Assembly (NCBI RefSeq): GCF_004010195.1
Contig: NC_057716.1
Span: forward strand, 26,997,157 to 27,061,156
Length of the DNA: 64,000 bases
Direction of reading: 5' to 3'
DNA from: Chiloscyllium plagiosum
Taxonomy: Eukaryota
Part shown: piece after piece, positions 24,365 to 37,199 of the stretch
How positions within the stretch are numbered: position 1 is the first letter of the stretch
Layout of the letters: every line of letters begins with the position of its first letter
The notes under the pieces: model-generated
What the model saw: the letters and a program-made list of their open reading frames with translations, nothing else
Database searches by the model: none
Told to the model about the DNA's origin: nothing
Translations under genes and position numbers: made by a program

Positions 24365-25809
24365 GTAAGAACAGCAAACAAATCTAATTAGCTGCTGAAA
24401 GCCTGTATTTAAGTGCTTGTACGAATTTTTAAAGCTGCCTATTTTAATTCATTTGAATTATTGAAGTATTCTAGAGTTAAATTGATTTTCCAGAAAAGAT
24501 TGGATAGAATTAGTCCTGATTTTTTAATTGAGTGCTTTTCAGCTGCCCCTCTTTTACACTTGGGTTAAATGCTCACTTTATTGTCTCATGAAGTATTCTG
24601 TTGATGCTAACTGTTCCTGCAGAATTTTGAACCTGACTAATAAAGGTAAATGAGTGACCTATTAAACATGTGATGCTTCTGAATTTAGTTTTAGCTTGTC
24701 ATTGCCAGCTTCAAAAATTCAGAGCCAATTCATAAGCATGAACTCTGTCCCTTTTACGACTGAACTGAGAGCAAGTACAAGTATTTGATTTGCTGTTTTG
24801 ATGAATTAACATTTGGAATGTTTGAATCCTGTTTCCTTTTAAACATGATGTTGAGTAAAAATTTTGACTGTCGGGCTTAAACTTTAATTTGCATGATTTA
24901 GCTGAACCTTGAATTTTGCAAACTTCTATTACAAATGCACAGATTTGCTTGTGAAGAATTTGGTATTAATTTGCTTAGGCAAATCCCACAAATCAGTGCT
25001 TTGTTATAGTGCATACATTTTGATGAAGCTTCATGTTAGAATGGGTGAGATTTGTTTATGGTCAATAAGTAACATCCTACAGAATTTCCACAGTGCAGTC
25101 TCTGTAGCCACTATGGTCTTAGAATCATATAGTACAGAAGAGGCACTTCAGTCCATAAAGTCTGTACTGACTACTCCAGATCTATACTGGTCGCGCTTAG
25201 TAGCACTTGACCCAAGGTCTTGAATGTTGCTATTGAGTGGTTGTGCAAGTTCTTGTTTAAAAAGTTAAGGTTTTGTGCTTAGACTGCCCCCTCAGGCTGT
25301 GCATTCCTGATTGCTGTCACCCTCTAATAAAATCTCCTCAAATCCCCTCAGATTTGCCTCTGTCCTGAATGGTCCCTCTTTCCCCAGTTGTCATGTCCTT
25401 GATGTACTTATCCTATAACTTTTTGCTTTCTCCCCAAACGTTGTATGGCAGTGGTGTACTTCTACTTGTTCTGGAATTGGAATTTAGCTTTTCCTTTATC
25501 CATTTGCCACTGGGAAGTTCAAGTTCTAGTAAGTTGAAGGTGGGAACATGGTGAAACTCAAACTCTATCTTTTTGTTTCATATATCTACTGTCTGAAGCA
25601 TAATGATTCCTGTGGTTATGATTGTTAATTTACTGGAACCCTCTCATTTAAATTGTTGGTTAAATTGATTTATGAAGCAAGCTGTTTACCACAACATTTT
25701 ACGTGAATTGACTTCCTGTTACTGTATTTTTAAATCCCAAATGCAGTTTTGTAAAGTATCTTGGCACTTAAAGGTGCATACACAATTTTGAATTTGTATG
25801 GACTCCGAG

Positions 25810-27170
25810 GTATACAGCATGGAAACACCCTTTGGTCCAGTGTGATCATGCTAACTGTCACAAAGTAAACTAATCTCACCTGTTGCACTTGGCCTGTAGC
25901 CTTTTAAATCTTTCCTATCCCATGTAATTATCCAAATTTCTTTTAGATTTTCAAACTATTTTGGCATTCACCACTTCCTCTGGAAGTTATTTTTAAAGTC
26001 TATCATTTTAAATCTTTTTCCCTTGCCTTAAAAATATGCTTCCCAGTCTTGAACTCTTCTACCTGAGGGACAAGACACCTGCTTTTCACTTTAATTATAC
26101 TCATGATTTTATAAACCTCTACGGTCACCTCCAGACTCCTATGCTGCAATGCAAAATGTGCCGGCTTGTCCTTATGACTCAAACCCTGTCTTCCTGGCAA
26201 CATTCTGGTGCATCGTTTCTGAACCCATCACAATTTAATATCCTCTCTAGCAGGGTGACCAAGACTGAGCACGTACTCCAAGAGGCCATACCAATGTCCT
26301 ATACATAAACCTTGTCCTTGTTAGTTTATCAACTAGTTAGTTTACCTCTTATCCAAATTAAACTCATAATTACCACTCCTGAATCCATTGACCCAGCTAA
26401 TCAAGGTCTCTTTAATGTTAAATAACCACCTTCACTATCTGCTATACCGCTGAATTTGGTGTCATCCACAAATGTAACCATGCTTCATTTTCATCTAAAT
26501 GTTTATTTTAGTGATAAAAGTGGACCCTGTGGAGCACCACTGGTCAGAAGCCTCAAGTGAATTGGCAGGCTCACCTTGAATCCTAGAAGATCAAACTTCA
26601 CAAATTAGTCTACCATGCAGAACCTTGTTTAAATGCTTTAAAGTCAATGTAAACATACTCTGCCCCCTCCTTCCCGAGTGTTGGTTTCTTCCTCAAACTC
26701 GAGGCACATTTGAGAGATATGATTCTTTGCACAAAACCAGGCTGACAATCCCTAGCTTGGCCTCTTAAGTACACAAATTTATCTTTAAGAATCACCTCCA
26801 ATTTACCCACCACTTTAACAGTCTTTCTTCAAGGCACAACATTGTCCATCCTCCAGTCAACATGTACCTCATCTGTAGTTATAGATAGCAATATTTTGGC
26901 TAGGGCCCCAACAATTTCTTGCCAAACTTCTAAAGTATCCTGGGGTGCACTTATTAGGTCCAAGCGATTTATCAACTTTTTCTCAGCACTCCACCACTTC
27001 CTCCTCTAACATAAACTGTTTTTGAAACATGAATTTTTAAATTCTGGACCCTCCATTTCTTTCTCCATAGTAAATACTCATTTCAGTATCTGTCCCATCT
27101 CCTGAGGTTCAACACAGATTCTCATTGATCTTTAAGGGTTGTGTTCTCTCTTGTTCTTATGTAGTTGCAG
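25810..27170 (-). mobile_element. Degenerate CR1-type LINE in EEF1B2 intron 6
   Basis: VEVYKIM and VGKLEVILKD-type remnants; CR1 3' end near 25810. Confidence 0.7.
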
Positions 27171-27241
27171 AATCTTTGGATTTAACCTTAACTGCCAATA
27201 GTGTATGTCTTAGAATAATCTAATTGAGTATTTCTTTTCAG

Positions 27242-27328
27242 GTGGGAACAGATATGCTGGAAGAAGCTATTGTTGCATTTGAAGATTATGTACAGTCTGT
27301 TGATGTTGCAGCCTTCAACAAAGTGTAG
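27242..27328 (+). CDS. EEF1B2: EEF1B2 coding exon 7 (stop TAG)
   Basis: 87 nt, [28 protein letters not shown]; the exons sum to 678 nt = 225 aa + stop. Confidence 0.98.
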   Translation: MGTDMLEEAIVAFEDYVQSVDVAAFNKV

Positions 27329-27349
27329 AATGACAACAAATGAACACTT

Positions 27350-27355
27350 AATAAA
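27350..27355 (+). terminator. Polyadenylation signal of EEF1B2
   Basis: AATAAA 21 nt after the stop codon, with a GT-rich tract downstream. Confidence 0.8.
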
Positions 27356-27849
27356 AATTGACGTCCAGAACTTAACCTGGTCCTTTGTCTTATTGAGGTG
27401 GGCCTTTGTAGCCTTGGAATTTCAAAAACCAAGGAAGTGAAGATTACCAGTCTGCCATGGAAGATTTTGAACAGAATAGTCTTACTGAAGTTGACAGTGT
27501 ATGAAGTTGCTTAAACAGGAGTCTCAGTTCATGGTGACATAGAACAGAATTTGGTTAAGTCACATGGAATTGCCTGTTTCCCTTTACTTCATTTAATTTG
27601 TTTCAACAGCAATTCCTTCAACTTGATATTTTTAATCCAGTGTGCAGGTAAACGCTGACTTGAATGATCAATTTTCAATCTGATAGGCAAGCTGTTTTGT
27701 GCACCATTGATGTGGAGACTGCAATGGAAGACCAACTATTGACTTTGTAACTTGTAGTTTTCCCACAGTATTAAAGGTCAAGTTTTCTATGAAAGGAAAT
27801 TGTAATCCAGTGTTAATGTAAATTGCATTGCTTGTTTGGAATAAATCAA

Positions 27850-28400
27850 AGCATGGAAACACACTTCAGTCAACTCACCTGTGCCAACCAGACATTCCAA
27901 TCTTGCTGAGTTCCGTTTGCCTTTGTTTGGAACATATCCCTCTAAACCTTTCCTATCCATGTCCCCATTCAGATGCATTTTAAACACTAACTGCACCCAC
28001 TTCACCTTCCTCTGGCAGCTTGCTCCATATAAGCAACCCTTTGAAAAGGTTGCCCCTCAGATCCTTAATCTTTCACCTCCTCTCCAGCCTATGCCCTCTA
28101 ATTTTGGATTCCCCTACTGAGCATAAGACCATGGCTATTCACCTTATCCGTGCCCTATGTCCTTCCAAACCCCTATAAAGTTACACCTCAGCCTTTGACA
28201 CTTCATAAGGTGGTGGGGAAGCCTGAACTGTTTTGACATTCAATATAACTCAAAGCCTCCTGTCCTTGCACAATCCTTGAAAATATGTGCCTTCATGTTT
28301 AACAACCTTCTAATAGGCCAGAATTGACACTAAAGTAGCCTTAAGTGTCCTGCACAATTGCAATGCACCAACCTGTCTACCTGCAATTTGTTTCAATGAA
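27850..28400 (-). mobile_element. CR1-type LINE 3' fragment
   Basis: FKMHLNGDMDRKGLEGY remnant; similar to other CR1 3' ends in the window. Confidence 0.7.
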
Positions 28401-31400
28401 CAATGCACCTGCACCTAAGGTGAAGTTGAAGGTTCAAAATACCAACTGTTGATCTGGAATTTAAAGGGTTTTCTGTAACTTTCATTGGCTGTATGAAGCT
28501 TGAAAGGCCTCTTTGCCCCTCCTAATTGCCCTTGAAGGTATTTGAGCAGTATCCTTGAAATGCTGTAGGTAGACCAGTCTGTGTGAGGAGAGGGTGAATT
28601 GCAGTATTTTCCCCCAGCAGGAGTAGAGAAAGATACTAAGTAAAGATAATGGTGGCTTGGTGGAAAATGTCCCCACTGGTGATGCACACATGCCTCGTCT
28701 GTTCTTAATGGCAGAGATTACAAGTTTAAAAGCAAACTTTGAGTTGCTGCATTGTAGATAGTGAACTATCAGTGGTTGAAACAGTAGCACTCAACCACCT
28801 TGAACATTCAATCTGATTCAGTAAGTTGGTTGGACAACTGGTTTGTAGTGCAGTGACTCTCATCAGCCCAAGTTCACTTTCCTTGACAGCTGAGGTCACC
28901 ATGAAGAGCCCAGTCTGATTTTGGAAGTATCCTATCATTCCCATCCTTTCCTTGAAAGGAAGGTTGTTAAAGATTGCTTGGGTGTTACCATGTGAAAATC
29001 CTGCAGTGATGTCCTAAACTGAAGATTGACGTCCAAAAACCTACGACCATCTTGCCATCTGTAACCACTAATGGGGCTCCTTGATTACATATTCAACCTA
29101 ATGTGTCTTGATGTCAAGAGCAGTCATTCTTCCTTAGCCTGTGGGTCTGAGCTGTTTTTTTTTTGGGCTGTAATAAAGTCAGGAGTGAGTACCCCTGGTG
29201 AAGTATTGGTCAGAATGCTGATTAGGTGCTGCTTGATAGAAATACACTTAACCATGCTTAACAATGAGCTGACTAGTGAGGTGGTAATTGACTGGATTGT
29301 TTTTTGTCCTGGTTTGTGTTAAGGACATATCTTGGAAATGCCAGAATTGGAGCTGGAGCTAGAGCACAATCTTCAATATTGTTGGAAAGTCTGGGCTCCT
29401 TGACTTGGCAGCATCCAGTACCTTCAGCCATTACTTTGTCTTGAAGTGAATTGAATTTGCTTTACACTGGATACCTCTGGGGAGTTCTGTTAGAGGTTAG
29501 TATCCCATTGTAGATCCTTGATCTGACTAATGCCAAGATTTCATACAAACATGGGTGAACTATTGTCACAGGTTACACTGACTCCATCCCCTCACCAAGC
29601 ACAACAATTGAGATCAGTCTCATTGAATATTTGCCCTTCTGGTTCTCCATGTTAGAAATGCCATAAGTTGAGTTTCTAACAGCAATCTGACTGTTGATTA
29701 CTGTACTTTTGAAATACTTTTTTCAGGATTGTCAGTTGTGCCAAATCCTAATGCATTGCTGATTGTTAAAATAAAGTTCTTATTTCATGGTTCGGAGTGT
29801 GATATCAAGCAGGTGAAGCTATCAATCAATGCAACTTTTGTTAAATGATTAGTTTGACAGTTATGAAAACAAAGGGCAGTGTTCCCAGTGGTAAATTGAA
29901 CAAATATGAAAGATCAGATTTGAAGATGGCAAAAGATTTGTGAAGGATGTTGTTAGTCTGTGATGTAATCACTAGTGTTATGGTCAGGGTATTCAAGAGG
30001 ATGAGATCTGATTTGTCTGATCAGATAAAAAGCACGGGAAAAAGCAGGAATGGCCCCTTGTCATATGTCCATTGGGAGAGCTGATGCAGACAAGTGGCCA
30101 CCTTCCTAACTCATTCTTGATGCTGGGAGTCTGCTTTTCAGCTCAGGTCCATTTAGGACTTGAAAATTCTTTTTCACTGAAATACTGTAGGGTCATATCA
30201 CTTGCTGAACAATTTCAAGAGCAATGAAATTGCAAGATTAATCTGTAATCTTGCATGGTGACTTCTATTTGGCTATACTATTTACATTTAATGGGTAGAT
30301 TTAACAGATTACTTTCCATTGTTGGAATGGGGAAAGTGGTATCACTGAAACAAAAGTTATTCCCTGGTGTACAGTGATCAATCCTCCTTGGCACCCAGGG
30401 GCTTTAAGGAAAGAAGGCTGTTATTCCAACTTAGGACATGAATGATTACTTCTGAGCTGGGATTTGTGCCATGTTGCAAGATAAGTCACTGGTTTGTGCA
30501 TCAGTGTGGAAAAACCTGGTTCTTCAGGTCAGGTATATGGAAGCCAGTGATTACTGCCAAGTCTTTGCAAAAATGAGTTTTGAATACCTTTGAATTCTCC
30601 ACATTAAAAATGCTTTTGAAACCTTGCTGTACCATTGTTTTGAGGTCTAAGAATTCCAAGCATTATCTGATACTACACTGATTTTTATCTTTGCAAAGTG
30701 TAGTTCGGATTCAGCTCGCCTGTTGAATTAGTGAATCTTGGCTGGGAAACTTCAGTAATACGATCTACTCCAATATTTTTGTACTTGGTGCAGTGATGAG
30801 GATAAGTGGTGATATTGCAGTGTTATCCATTAGGTTTGGATTAATCACCGGGAATTCTTTTGCAGGACTTCACAACTAACCAGCTTTAATTGGTAGATAA
30901 TATTGCATTTTCTTGGTGTTTCCAAATGATTTTTTTCCCTTTCAATTTAGATGTTCAAACAAATGATTTCTTTCCACAGACACTGAAGTATTGAACTATA
31001 AATGAATTTTTGCATTTACTGGGCTTTCGACTACAAGTTGCTGCATTTGAAATTTACTTGCAATGAACAAGTTTTAGCTTTTTCAATCCATTTGAGAGGG
31101 CTAGAACTGGTAAAAAGAACTAGCAATGTAATGGCACAACTTGGCAATTCAACTCTGACTTGAGGCAATATTGGCCCTTTGGCTGTAAACTCTTTAACAG
31201 AATATGCATAGCATGTAAACAAGAGTTAGCCTCCAAGTCTGTTCCACCATTCACTGAAATCATGACTGAACTGTGGCTTAACTCCATATGCTTGCCTATA
31301 ATTCAATCTTTCTTAATCTAAAGTATTCTCAATTAGTTAGTGACTGATCCTACATCTCATGTTTTGTCAAAAACTTCCAAATATCTATCAACCTTTGAGA

Positions 31401-31650
31401 AACACTTTATACACCTCTTCAGTGCATGCTTCCTAATATTTAGACAGTTCCTATCTTAGAATCCCTAATCAATAGAAATGGCTTTGTTATCTACTGTTTT
31501 TCTCTGCTAATATTGTAACTTTGATCAGATCATCTCTAGCCTCTTAAAGTTCAAAATCAAGCAGGCCTAATCTATGTATTATTTTGCTCATAGTTAAACC
31601 CCTGAAGTCAGGTTTAAGAAGGATGTTCTTTGGACCACTGGGCCACCACT

Positions 31651-31939
31651 GGGCGGTACGGTGGCACAGTGGTTAGCACTGCTGCCTCACAGCGCCTGAG
31701 ACCCGGGTTCAATTCCCGCCTCAGGCGACTGACTGTGTGGAGTTTGCACATTCTCCCTGTGTCTGTGTGGGTTTCCTCCCACAGTCCAAAGATGTGCAGG
31801 TCAGGTGAATTGGCCATGCTAAATTGCCCGTAGTGTTAGGTAAGGGGTAAATGTAGGGGTATGGGTGGGTTGCCCTTCGGCGGGTCGGTGTAGACTTGTT
31901 GGGCCTGTTTCCACACTGTAATGTAATCTAATCTAATCT
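31651..31939 (+). mobile_element. HE1-type SINE (young copy)
   Basis: gggcggtacggtggcacagtggttagc head, CpG-rich, (AATCT)n tail. Confidence 0.92.
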
Positions 31940-32001
31940 GCTGTCAGTACTCCCGAGTGAGCTCGTAACTGCAGTAGTATTTCTTTGTACTCTGGTCCTG
32001 A

Positions 32002-32291
32002 TTAGATTAGATTAGATTCCCTACACTATGGAAACAGGCCTTTCAGCCCAACAAGTCCACACTGACCTTCTGAAGAGTAACCAACCCAGACCCATTCTCT
32101 ATATTTACCCCTGACTAAAGCATCTAACACTGGGCAATTTAGCTTTGCCAATTCACCTAGCCTGCTTTGTGGATTGTGGGAGGAAACCCACACAGACACA
32201 GGGAGAATGTGCAAACTCCACATAGTCACCTGAGGTGGGAATTTAACCTGGGTCCCTGGTGCTGAGAGGCAGCAGTACTAGCCACTGTGCC
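32002..32291 (-). mobile_element. HE1-type SINE, inverted relative to its neighbour
   Basis: (AGATT)n tail at 32002 and reverse-complement body and head. Confidence 0.88.
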
Positions 32292-32777
32292 ATTTTCTTC
32301 AAGATCTTTATGCCTGAATCACCAAGTCATTTTGGACATCCATTGTATTTCACAATGTACCATCTAGAAAGAATCCTGATCTATCTTTTGATGCAAAATG
32401 ATCTCACAATTGCTTTCACTGTCTGCCACAGGGTTGCCCATTAAAATTACTAAGGGATATGGATATAGACTAACACCTAGTGTACAATGCTGCCTAGGTT
32501 TGTTCACTAGGCCATTCCATGAGCTGCCAGTGTCTGTACTTATGTTCTCCTTGAATAGTCTTCATCTTTCCACCTGATTTTTCTTAAATGCATCCAAACT
32601 CTTTCTTCAACCACTGCATATAACGAGCCCCATGTTTTTCCTGCACTGGGTGAATGTTTCTTCTGAATTTCTTAGTAACTTGTGTTGATGAGTAGTTACG
32701 TTATTCCCTGCAATAGAAAATGATTTCTGCATTCTTAACTGAGCTTTTCATAACTGAAAGCCTCAGCCTTTTTTTAA

Positions 32778-32990
32778 GGAGAAAGTGAGGACTGCAGATG
32801 CTGGAGATCAGAATAGAGTGTGTGGTAATGGAAAAGCAAAGCAGGTCAAGCAGCATTCGAGAAGCAGGAGTGTGTTTTAGGCATAATCCCTTCAGCAGGA
32901 ATCCTGAGGAAGGGATTATGCCCGAAACGTCAATTCTCCTGCTCCTCGGATGCTGCCTGACCTGCTTTGCTTTTCCAGCACCACGCTCTG
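32778..32990. mobile_element. Palindromic Penelope pLTR mini-element (family B)
   Basis: Arms reverse-complementary around ~32901; hammerhead-like CTGAGGA...GAAACGTC at 32904-32931. Confidence 0.75.
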
Positions 32991-34779
32991 GATTTAGCCT
33001 TTGTCAGGCTGTTTCTGCAGATTGTGCTTCACTGGTGTGCATAATTGCACACTTTAACCAAGTGAAAGTGAAATCATTTACACTTTAGATGCCATCTTTT
33101 TGGTAGTAAATTGAGTCCCAGTTCAGAAACTTCAAGTGCTGTCTAGGCACGTCCAATGTGTACTCAAGGTCTGCTGCACTGTGGAGTGCCATTTTTCAGT
33201 TAAGATGTGCCCTGTCTGACCCTGGATTTCAAAAAAAAATTGTTCCAGCGCTAGCTAACATGATTAGTTATACATTGAACTGGCTAAATTTATGCTTTAT
33301 TCTCATGACTACAGTTTTTCTTGCTCTATTTGCACGACTTTGACTCTGACGTTGTCCTGTTGAGTTGATTGCCTAGTTTCAATTTGTTAAAGTTAATGTT
33401 TTAAGGACGTAGGTTGTGAAAAGTGCAGTACAAATGAAAGTTATTCTTGTAGTAATATATTCGTAGAATCATGCGCAAAGCCTGTTTTGTACTTGAAATG
33501 TGTTCTGTCATAGCATGTGGTGATGTAGTTGCTAGAATGTCTCAAATAAAATCTTTTTAAGCTGTAGAACTGACCTTTCACAGTCTATGACAACGATGTG
33601 TAGAACAGTCAAATTAAGTGCAGCAATTTTTTTGTGACAAAACACTTATTGGCAGAGCTGCAGGTTTGAGGGGTAGCTGGAAGAGCCGATGCACTCCAGA
33701 CTGCCTTGAGTTTAATAGTTGACAAAACTTCTCTCCAACCACTGAACTCCCATTTTTACTCTGATCAATTGCACGTTGTATAGTGACAGCAATCTGAGCC
33801 CTGTCGGCACCCGTGTCTTTGCAGTTGTTACGTCCTGACTAAATCATCCAACAAGTAGCGTGATTTGTAACAGTGAAATACTCGCTCCGAGCAAGTCCCA
33901 TCTCAAAAATTAGTTCACCTATCTTAAACAGTGTTTTGACTTGGTTGAATCCTGTCATGTACTGATACCAAATAACTCCTCAGGAGTAAGAGTCATAGAA
34001 GGGAGAAAAATCACTAATCTCGTTGATTTGAGGGAAAATGCCTTAATTCACAATGAAGAAAGGATTGACTTGTTTGCTGTTCATCGATGCCTATCATAGC
34101 TGCAGAAGTGTCAATATCTTAGCGGGGGGTGGCATTTAATTGTTAATCCCGATCCGATCCCGATCCAGAAAATAGCTGTGTGTTGAATCCAGATCTTAAA
34201 CGCTAATTCTCAAATCTAAGGATGTTGTTTAGTATCTTTCTGCTGTTTCGCCTGTTGTGTTTCTTCCAAGTGTCGCAATCTTCGACCTTTTGCTTCAAGA
34301 TCTGTCCTCTGCCTTGACAATTACCTGGCAAAAGTGCCACCATCTTTGTGTGACCACGGGTGCACGGAGTCTCGAATACACCGTTTGCATTGAGAAATGT
34401 GGAGAAGGGTGAGCCTTGGTCGTTGACTTGTTGTTCCAACTGGACCTCAACAGCCAGAGCATCGACACGCCTCCATTCCTAAATGTGTCCATCTGCAGTT
34501 GCTAATGTGGAATAAGTACTGAAATTATCCCTGTCCAGGATCTTTCCTGTAATTCCTGCTCAGTTTTGAATAGCAGCCAGAGTCAAATGAAACACTTTGA
34601 AGTGCATTCTAACAAAACCGATGGCAGGTTTTGCTTACAGATATTCATATTTGCTTTTTTCCAGTTGCTGGCACGTCCAAGTGCTTTCAGCGCTTTGTTT
34701 TTTTTTTAAAAAACGTCAAGCTCCTGTGCGTGGTGGGGATGGGAAGGGAACAAAAATTTCCTTTTTCTTTTCTGGGAGC

Positions 34780-35420
34780 CTCGGCTTTCTATGGTGCAGT
34801 CGTCTCCGGGCGTTCCCTCCCGGGCCTGTGGGGAAACATGAAGTCGAGGTGTCCCTTTAACGGTGGGCGCGGCCGCGTTTCCGCGTCGGCGGCCAGCAAA
34901 TCGCCCTGCAGCCCCTTTAAGGGTGGCCAGGAAGTAGAGCAGGAAGCAGCTGAACTCTGACCGTGAGGGTGGAAGCACATTCAGCGCGCTCGAAAGGCAC
35001 GGTAAGGGGAGGGGGCGACGCTGTGTATCTGGGGGCCCTACTCGACTGGGAGAGACGTGTGTGTGCGCGCGCGCGAGGCGAATCCGTAGTACCACGCGGG
35101 GACCGCTCAATTTACTTGTTACTTTCAATGTTGCAATTTGCGCGGTGTATCTTTTCAAGCCCTAGGGGGAACACATCAGCTAAAGAGTTTGGTTTTATTT
35201 TCGCACGGGGGGGGGGGGCTGAGGTGGTAGTGTTGAAATGCATTCGGACGATTGTCTACTCCACCCACCAGGGCAACCCATCTGCTCTAACGCGAATTCT
35301 ATTTGTTTTGATTCGCTTGACCTCAACACCGGAATCTTAATCCTTCTCCTGACACCCCCCCGGTCTGTCAGCAACTGCTGAGCTGTCAATGGTCGAGGAG
35401 GGGGAAGGAGACAGGTGTTA
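34780..35420. promoter_or_regulatory. CpG island, probable ZDBF2 promoter; candidate exon-1 donor at 35001/35002
   Basis: High CpG density (cgcggccgcg, gcgcgcgcgcg), paired CCCTTTAA motifs, donor ACG|gtaagg; only CpG island upstream of the ZDBF2 coding exons. Confidence 0.7.
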
Positions 35421-36124
35421 CTCGTGCAGCTCAAGCGTCACCATTTAAACGTGTGTTTTCTGGAGTTTTTAAGGCAGGCCATTTCTAAAGAGACAGAATA
35501 AGCAGTTGCGTTTACTGAAGACGTCTGGCTAAGCTCGTATAAGTCTAACAGTCAATGTAAACTTTCTGCTTCCTGTGTGCTTAAAGACTGCAACTGATGG
35601 CCTTGTAGAATATATTTTGAGCTGTAAGCAAATGATTTCGATCAAAGCTTGTGCATCTGGTATCGAATCAAAATTCTATTCGTCTCTGCCTGAAGATTAA
35701 CCAATGTTGTGCACAAGTTTGACAGCAGAAGCTAGGCCTATTTTGAATCAAGATATTTTAATTTGATCCAATTCCCCTATCGTTTGGGGGGGGGGTACTT
35801 TTGAGTGAGTTGTGTTAGCACCTTCGAAGTCAGCAAGTAGTGTTTCTCTCCCTGCATTAACTGAATTGAGATCTGCAGTTGACAGCTGACAGTGTGCAGT
35901 CTCGTGTTAAGCTGCAGCGTCCATCTTTTTAATGTTGAATTTGTGGCAGGGATCCAGTGGCAGCCTGGTAGGTTTTGCACTGTCAGGTATTGTTGATTCC
36001 AAGTTTGTAATTCGATGCAGATATTTTCTAATTAACCAGTTCAGAAATTTTATTACACACTTTGAGAGAATGTGGGATTTGAACCAAGGTTTCCTGGCCC
36101 AGAGGTAGACACATTACCACTGCA

Positions 36125-36408
36125 GGAGAAAGTGAGGACTGCAGATGCTGGAGATCAGAGCTTAAAAATGTGTTGCTGGAAAAGCGCAGCAGGTCAGGCA
36201 GCATCCAAGGAGCAGGAGAATAGACATTTCGGGCACTAGCCCTTCTTGCAGAGGATCCGGAGGGAGGTCTGTTGCTGGAGACTTCAGATTTGTTGTAGGT
36301 ACTGGTTGTCCTGGTTGGGTCCAAAGGGCTTGTGCACGAAACATCGATTCTCCTGCTCCTTGGATGCTGCCTGACCTGCTGCGCTTTTCCAGCAACACAT
36401 TTTTAAGT
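36125..36408. mobile_element. Palindromic Penelope pLTR mini-element (family B) with TSD
   Basis: Long inverted arms; 14-bp TSD acattaccactgca at 36111-36124 and 36409-36422; degenerate hammerhead cores. Confidence 0.85.
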
Positions 36409-37199
36409 ACATTACCACTGCACCACAGGAGCCCTTCTGTTGTCAGATGTGTGTGATGTTTGGAAGTAATGTGATACTAGTACTGGTAATCTTTTGAAGT
36501 TACAGACTAAAAAAAAATACAAAAATTGGTACTTTTAGGTTTTTTTTAACCTCAAACTGGAATTGTGAAAATGGTCAGGTTACAGCTAATGGGCTCAGTG
36601 ATCTTCATGTGTTCATGCATGGATACTATTGTGGATAGGAGTTGACTGGCTGGTTTGTGATGCAGTATGGCACCAACAGCATCAGTTCAATTCCTGTACC
36701 TTGCCTGAGGAGTGGTGACCTCGTCTTAGACCACCACCACTCATATCTCTGAGAGAGCAACCTGATAATCCTCTGGGACTATAGCCACAGTAATAAGGTA
36801 AAAGTTGCCATCAGACAAGACTAGATGCTGGTAATTCTGTTACAACTCACTCTTCAAAGCCTGTGCATCATCTCATTGTTGTAGAAAGGCAGTCAACATT
36901 ATCAAAAACTTCACCCCAGTTATAATCTCTTCCAACATCTTCCATCAGGCAGTAGATATAAAAGCTTAAACACGTGGACCAACAGTTTCAAAAGCAGCTT
37001 CTTACCTATTGTTATTAGACTGCTGAACGGACCCCTCAAATTTCAAATCTAATGTTGATGTTGCTTTTGTACACCTGTGCAGCCATAACTTTGTACGCTT
37101 TGTTCTGTTCAATCATCTTATGATCTACCTGTACTGCATGCAAAACAAAACCTTTTTCACTGTACTTAGGTGTATCTGACAATAAATCAGATCACATGG

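Noticed and set aside
31142-31230. Plus-strand frame reading QYWPFGCK, like the GPCR extracellular loop 1 motif WPFG..CK
   Set aside because: Flanks are not hydrophobic TM-like, there is an upstream stop, and the orientation is opposite to that expected for GPR1; likely chance.
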